From assembly GCA_029564765.1 (NCBI GenBank), contig JAKQPK010000023.1, positions 11,479-75,478 on the forward strand: a stretch of 64,000 nt of DNA, in the 5' to 3' direction. Numbering within the stretch: position 1 is the first letter of the stretch; every line of letters starts with the position of its first letter. Of the stretch, positions 59,055-64,000 are shown one piece after another. This stretch comes from Candidatus Omnitrophota bacterium (lineage in GTDB: Bacteria > Omnitrophota > Gorgyraeia > Zapsychrales > Aceulaceae). Position numbers and translations under genes: made by a program. Below the pieces are notes generated by a model that worked only from the letters and a program-made list of their open reading frames with translations, made no database searches and was not told where the DNA came from.

Positions 59055-59697
59055 GGCAGATATCCATCATTTTCAGGTCAAACTTTTTAGCCAGCTGATC
59101 AAGGATCTCTTGCTTAACCAAGTCCATTGAAGCATCAGCCTTAAGCTCGCGAGCAATGGAGGTCATGGTCACATCAAGGCCGCACGGCTTGACCAAAGAG
59201 AAAGGACTCAAGTCTGTGCTGACGTTCAGACCGATCCCGTGATACGTAACCCACTTCTTAACTCCGATCCCTATTGAGGCGATCTTTTTTTCTCTGACAA
59301 AAACGCCTGTATAGCCGTTAAGTCTATTAGCCACTATACCAAAATATTTCAATAAATCAATAACGACATCCTCGAGTTTATAAAGAAATCTTTTTAGGTC
59401 GCGCAAAGGCTCTTTAAGAAAGAAAATAGGATAGGCGATCAACTGTCCAGGCCCGTGGAACGTCACATCCCCTCCTCGGTCCGTTCGCAGGATATCAATG
59501 CCTTGCTGACGGATCGATCCCGGGTCTAATAACGACCCACCTTCCCGCGCTAAGCGACCCAAGGTAAAGACAGGCCTGTGCTCGCAAAGGATAACAGTAG
59601 GGATACGTTCATCAAGGACCTTGCGAACAGTTTGCTGTTGGATGTGATAGGCAGAGAGGAAATCTATGAGCCCTAGATCTATGATATGACACTGCAT
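59038..59697 (-). CDS. lipB: Octanoyltransferase LipB
   Basis: EH.PVFTLG, RGGDVTFHGPGQ, KIASIG and PCG motifs. Confidence 0.95.
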   Translation of the reverse strand: MQCHIIDLGLIDFLSAYHIQQQTVRKVLDERIPTVILCEHRPVFTLGRLAREGGSLLDPGSIRQQGIDILRTDRGGDVTFHGPGQLIAYPIFFLKEPLRDLKRFLYKLEDVVIDLLKYFGIVANRLNGYTGVFVREKKIASIGIGVKKWVTYHGIGLNVSTDLSPFSLVKPCGLDVTMTSIARELKADASMDLVKQEILDQLAKKFDLKMMDICHDKRN

Positions 59698-59748
59698 AAA
59701 CGGATCAAAAATTGGGCAACAAATTCTTGGAACAGGGTTTCAGTGAGA

Positions 59749-60843
59749 TCAAAATGATTTCAGCTTTTGGCAGATCGCGTCCGCCATCTCTTGGGTACCG
59801 ACGGCTGAAGGATCATCACGGTTAGGCTTCAGGTCATAGGTGACGAATCGGCCCTCCTTGATGACTTCTCGCACAGCGCGCTCAAGTTTTTGAGCGGCAG
59901 CCGTCTCCCCTAAATGATCAAGCATCAATGCTCCAGAGAGAATGGTCGCTGTCGGGTTGACCTTATTTTTTCCAGTATATTTCGGAGCAGAACCATGGAC
60001 AGGTTCAAATAAGGCGACAGTATCCCCGATGTTGGCGCCTGGGGCGACGCCTAACCCTCCAGCCAAGCCAGCGCAAAGATCCGAAATAATATCGCCGTAT
60101 AAATTAGGCAAGACCAAAACATCAAAGTTAGAAGCTCTCTGCACGAGCTGCATCGTCATATTATCAACGATCACATCTTCAAAAGCAACACGTCCTGCGT
60201 ATTCTTGCGCGATCGCGCGACCTGTCTGCAAAAAAAGCCCATCAGTAAACTTCATAATGTTCGCTTTATGTACGAGGGTCACTTTCTTGCGCCCATGCTT
60301 AACGGCATAATCAAATGCAAAACGAATAATGCGCTCTGACGCGTAAATAGAAATTGGCTTGATCGAAATGGCGGAATCTTGACGGATCTTCTTGGGTTGC
60401 AAATTGTTGATCTCTTGGATCAAATGCAAAGCATTCTGGCTCCCTTTCTCGAACTCGACTCCCATATAGAGATCTTCCGTGTTTTCCCGAAAAATAACAA
60501 GGTCCAAGGCTTTATCCTTACCCTGGGATCCTTCAAAGTATTTTGCGGGACGAACACAAGCAAAAAGGTCCAACTCTTGCCGCAACTGAACATTGACAGA
60601 GCGGAACCCAGTCCCGACGGGAGTAACGATAGGTCCTTTAATGGCAACCTTGTTACGCCTAACGGATTCAATGGCTTGCGGAGGAAGAGGTGTGCCGTAT
60701 TGCTTGATAGCAGGCTCTCCAACCGCTTGCTCTTCCCAGTCAATACGGACGCCTGTGGTATCAATACACCGACGCATCGCCCACGCAACTTCTGGGCCAA
60801 TACCATCACCTGGAAGCAATGTCACTTTATAACTCATAAACAT
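59749..60843 (-). CDS. icd: Isocitrate/isopropylmalate dehydrogenase family protein (probably IDH)
   Basis: PGDGIGPEV, RENTED, HKANIMK, PNLYGDI.SD and HGSAPK motifs. Confidence 0.85.
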   Translation of the reverse strand: MFMSYKVTLLPGDGIGPEVAWAMRRCIDTTGVRIDWEEQAVGEPAIKQYGTPLPPQAIESVRRNKVAIKGPIVTPVGTGFRSVNVQLRQELDLFACVRPAKYFEGSQGKDKALDLVIFRENTEDLYMGVEFEKGSQNALHLIQEINNLQPKKIRQDSAISIKPISIYASERIIRFAFDYAVKHGRKKVTLVHKANIMKFTDGLFLQTGRAIAQEYAGRVAFEDVIVDNMTMQLVQRASNFDVLVLPNLYGDIISDLCAGLAGGLGVAPGANIGDTVALFEPVHGSAPKYTGKNKVNPTATILSGALMLDHLGETAAAQKLERAVREVIKEGRFVTYDLKPNRDDPSAVGTQEMADAICQKLKSF

Positions 60844-60849
60844 CCTTCA

Positions 60850-61914
60850 TTACTGAACGAGACGCTGAAATTCTTCGGGATTCTTTGCGTTATTAACCGC
60901 TTCTTCGTAGGAAATAATACCGGCCTGATATAGCTCTTGAAGAGATTTATCCATGGTCTTCATGCCATAGCGATGGCCTGTCTGGATGGCTGTTGGAAGC
61001 TGCTCGATGGCTTGCTCTCGGATCAAATGACGGATCCCTGGCGTTGCTACCATGACTTCAGAAGCCAGGATCCTTCCTGTGCCATCTTTGCGCGGAAGAA
61101 GTCTCTGCGAAACGACTCCTGCTAGACAGGAAGAAAGCTGGATCTTCACTTGCTCCTGCTGATGAGGAGGAAAAACGTCTACGATGCGTTCGATCGTCTG
61201 GGGAGCGTCAGGGGTATGCAACGTTGCCAATACAAGGTGTCCTGTCTCAGCAGCTGTTAAGGCCGTCGAGATCGTTTCGAGATCGCGCATTTCTCCAACT
61301 ACAATAACATCAGGATCTTGGCGCAAACAGCGTTTTAAGGCCTCAGAAAAAGAATGTGTATCGCTGAAGACTTCGCGCTGTTTAATGATAGATTTCTTGT
61401 TGTAGTGAATATACTCAATAGGATCCTCAATGCAAATGATCAAGTTCGCCTTCTGATTATTGATCAGATCGATCATGGCTGCCAATGTTGTCGTCTTTCC
61501 CATTCCGGTTGGGCCCGTGACAAGGACAAGCCCATCTTTCTTGAGGGCAAAATCACGTACAGCATTCGGAAGCCCCAGCTCTTCGATAGACGGCAGGAAT
61601 AAGGGAATGCGGCGCAAAGCGATCTCAACAGATCCTCGCTGCATATGCACATTCGCGCGAAAACGGTCTACACCTGGAAGTGCGATAGAAAAATCTAGCT
61701 CTAACTTCTTTTCGAATTGCTCTTTTTGGTCATCAGTAAGGAGACTGTAGATCATTTTCTTTAAAAAATCACGATCCATGGGATCTTGCTTCACAAGTGA
61801 TAGCTGACCGTTGATACGTAAGACTGGAGGGGTATCGTCTGTTAAATGCAGATCAGACGCATTGCGCTCACTTGTCAAGATCAATAAATCGCGGATATCT
61901 ACAGGTTTTGTCAT
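60850..61914 (-). CDS. pilT: Type IV pilus retraction ATPase PilT
   Basis: ASDLHL, GPTGMGKTTT, IEDPIE, LRQDPD and AETGHLV..TLHT motifs; start ATG 61914. Confidence 0.92.
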   Translation of the reverse strand: MTKPVDIRDLLILTSERNASDLHLTDDTPPVLRINGQLSLVKQDPMDRDFLKKMIYSLLTDDQKEQFEKKLELDFSIALPGVDRFRANVHMQRGSVEIALRRIPLFLPSIEELGLPNAVRDFALKKDGLVLVTGPTGMGKTTTLAAMIDLINNQKANLIICIEDPIEYIHYNKKSIIKQREVFSDTHSFSEALKRCLRQDPDVIVVGEMRDLETISTALTAAETGHLVLATLHTPDAPQTIERIVDVFPPHQQEQVKIQLSSCLAGVVSQRLLPRKDGTGRILASEVMVATPGIRHLIREQAIEQLPTAIQTGHRYGMKTMDKSLQELYQAGIISYEEAVNNAKNPEEFQRLVQ

Positions 61915-61918
61915 AAGG

Positions 61919-63094
61919 TCATCCTCTTTGATTGTTTTGGAACCATTCCGCAAGTCGTCTTGTGCCCTCTTCAATACGTTCCATCGACGTCGCAAAGCCC
62001 AAGCGAATATAGTCATCGGCGCCGAAACTTGAGCCCGGGATGCAGGCGACATCCTTTTCATCAAGCACTTTCTTAGCGATAGTATCAGAATCTAACCCGG
62101 TCTTGCTGATATTACAAAAAACATAAAAGGCTCCCTCAGGATAGATATAATCGATCTGGGGTATCTGATCTAAACACTTAACAATAAAATCCCTTCTTTT
62201 TCGGAACTCTTCCTTCATCGCGTTCAGAGTACTTTCATCCGCATTTAAAGCTGCCAAGGCAGCGGCCTGGCTGATCGATGTTGGATTGGACGTGGAATGA
62301 TCTTGGATCTTAGCGACACTCTGGGCGATCTCTTTGGAGGCGCCCAGATAACCAATCCGCCATCCAGTCATGGCATAAGCTTTAGAGACACCATTCACGG
62401 TCACCGTTAGGTTATAAATATCCTTACCCAATGATCCTATAGAAACAAATGGTTCATTCGCGTAGCATAATTTCTCGTAGATCTCATCGCTGACCACAAC
62501 GATATTACGCTTCACGCAGACTGCCGCAATGGACTCAAGCTCTTTGCGCGTATAAACAGTCCCCGTCGGATTGGAAGGAGAATTAATAATAAGGACTTTT
62601 GTACTTGGAGAAATATTTTCTTCGAGCTGGCGAGCCGTGATCTTAAATTTTGTTTTTTCACAAGTTTCTAGGATCTTAGGCGTGGCCCCGGCAAGCTTGA
62701 CCATTTCTGGATAACTCACCCAAAAAGGAGCGGGTATCAAGACCTCATCTCCCGCGTCAACGAGTGCCTGCATGAGCGTATAAAGCGAATGTTTGGCTCC
62801 GCAGGAAACAACGATCTGATCCTTAGGATTGTAGCTGAGCTGATTATCGCGCTGAAATTTATTGGCGATAGCTTGTCGAAGCTCGATCGTACCACTGCTA
62901 GGAGTGTACTTGGTCAGGCCATTTTGGATGGCATCGATCGCGGCTTTCTTAATAAAATCTGGCGTGTCAAAATCGGGCTCACCAGCAGCAAAGCTCACCA
63001 CATCATGCCCCTGGGCTTTCAATTCTTTAGCCCTAGCTGTGATCGCTAAGGTTGTTGACCCAACCGTATTCTTCGCACGGAAAGAAACAGGCAT
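61919..63094 (-). CDS. Class I PLP-dependent (aspartate) aminotransferase
   Basis: GEPDF, NSPSNPTG, SDEIY and SKAYAMTGWRIG motifs. Confidence 0.93.
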   Translation of the reverse strand: MPVSFRAKNTVGSTTLAITARAKELKAQGHDVVSFAAGEPDFDTPDFIKKAAIDAIQNGLTKYTPSSGTIELRQAIANKFQRDNQLSYNPKDQIVVSCGAKHSLYTLMQALVDAGDEVLIPAPFWVSYPEMVKLAGATPKILETCEKTKFKITARQLEENISPSTKVLIINSPSNPTGTVYTRKELESIAAVCVKRNIVVVSDEIYEKLCYANEPFVSIGSLGKDIYNLTVTVNGVSKAYAMTGWRIGYLGASKEIAQSVAKIQDHSTSNPTSISQAAALAALNADESTLNAMKEEFRKRRDFIVKCLDQIPQIDYIYPEGAFYVFCNISKTGLDSDTIAKKVLDEKDVACIPGSSFGADDYIRLGFATSMERIEEGTRRLAEWFQNNQRG

Positions 63095-63102
63095 AAATAT
63101 TC

Positions 63103-63702
63103 CTATTCGGGTTTCTTATTGCGGAATATATTCTTAATAACACCAGAAGCAGGTTTCACGGACTTTTCTCTGGCGACCCTTGGTGTCTTCTTGTCATCTT
63201 TTTTATCACGATGACTTTCTTTCTTCTTGGGATCGACAGCGTCCTTATCTTTGACCTCTTCGCGAATGACTGCGTCTGTGGCGAAAGGCTCTTTTTTATC
63301 CTTTGATGTCTTTTTGTCTGAAGGTTTAACGGTTTCTTTAGCGATCTTTTCCGTTAGTTCTAAAAGAACAAGGCTGGCATTATCTCCACGACGATTAACT
63401 CCTAAACGAATAATGCGGGTGTATCCTCCAGCACGATCTTTAAATTGCTTCGCGATCTCATTAAAAAGACGGCTAACGAGTTTATGATCACAAAGGATCG
63501 CAAAGGCCCGGCGCTTAGCAGCGAGCGTTCCTTCCTTACCCATTGTGATGATGCGATCAACGAGCTTGCGAGCTTCCTTAGCGCGAGATTCCGTCGTCTG
63601 AATGCGCTGATGAATCAGAACGGACTTCGCGATATCGCGGACCGTTGCAGCACGCCACATTGTTCTGCGCCCAAAGGCTTTTCCAGATTTTCCGTGTCTC
63701 AT
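63103..63702 (-). CDS. rplQ: 50S ribosomal protein L17 with a charged C-terminal extension
   Basis: MRH, I.TT..RAKE, R.GGYTRI and RRGDNA motifs; follows rpoA. Confidence 0.96.
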   Translation of the reverse strand: MRHGKSGKAFGRRTMWRAATVRDIAKSVLIHQRIQTTESRAKEARKLVDRIITMGKEGTLAAKRRAFAILCDHKLVSRLFNEIAKQFKDRAGGYTRIIRLGVNRRGDNASLVLLELTEKIAKETVKPSDKKTSKDKKEPFATDAVIREEVKDKDAVDPKKKESHRDKKDDKKTPRVAREKSVKPASGVIKNIFRNKKPE

Positions 63703-63708
63703 AGACTC

Positions 63709-64000
63709 TTATGCTTCCTTTTGTCTAAGTTTTTTTGCGTCAATTTTCATGCCTAGCTCAAGACCCATGGCTTTCAGGATCTCGTCGATCTCAGTAAGAG
63801 ACTTCTTGCCGAAGTTGCGGAAGCCTAAAAGCTCCGCTTCACTCTTGCGAACCAGATCTGCGATCGTCTTGATGTTTGATTCACGTAAGCAATTGGAGCT
63901 TCGAACAGAAAGTTCCAGTTCAGAGATCGGCAAACGTAATTTTTCATAAAGAGCTTTCTCCTCAGCGGAGATCTCTTCCTCTTCTTCCTCTTCTTCTGGC
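63709..64000 (-). CDS. rpoA: RNA polymerase alpha subunit, C-terminal part (runs off the window)
   Basis: [12 protein letters not shown] and [10 protein letters not shown] motifs. Confidence 0.95.
   Translation of the reverse strand, partial: PEEEEEEEEISAEEKALYEKLRLPISELELSVRSSNCLRESNIKTIADLVRKSEAELLGFRNFGKKSLTEIDEILKAMGLELGMKIDAKKLRQKEA

Noticed and set aside
63103-63340. Long charged C-terminal extension of L17
   Set aside because: Such extensions are common in several bacterial phyla.

Overview
Gene-dense bacterial chromosomal segment with almost all genes on the minus strand. It probably comes from the PVC superphylum (PVC small basic signature protein at 41077-41307); Omnitrophota is my inference. 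Most of it is housekeeping: tatD, dtd, recO-ybeY-HD-phoH, aspS, hisS, HU, dnaE, guaB3-guaA, groES-groEL with a perfect CIRCE, coaX, uvrB, aroB, gmhA/hldC, pfkA, aroQ-pepP-efp-accB-accC-asp23-amaP, lipB, icd, pilT, rplQ, the 3' end of rpoA and tRNA-Gly(CCC). Two AT-richer accessory islands interrupt it. Island 1 (about 2.98-6.08 kb, between dtd and tatD) holds RhuM-Fic, an HsdR-N-type nuclease with a 73-aa tandem repeat and a primase-helicase-like tail, and a DUF2971-like gene. Island 2 (about 24.4-27.0 kb) holds ORF6N, a second dGTPase and a 41-aa ORF inside 13-bp inverted repeats. In both islands a shared ~20-24 bp motif (AGAAASGTTYTDGGGKTT) sits right after stop codons, which suggests a cassette-like gene capture site; no recombinase is visible in the window. 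Other oddities are a full-length archaeal-type Hel308 helicase, a strongly degenerate NfnAB-like pair, a GAD-less AspRS, a family of modular intergenic hairpin arrays, and three small ORFs below the ORF-track length cut-off. All calls come from reading motifs by eye; no database searches were run.
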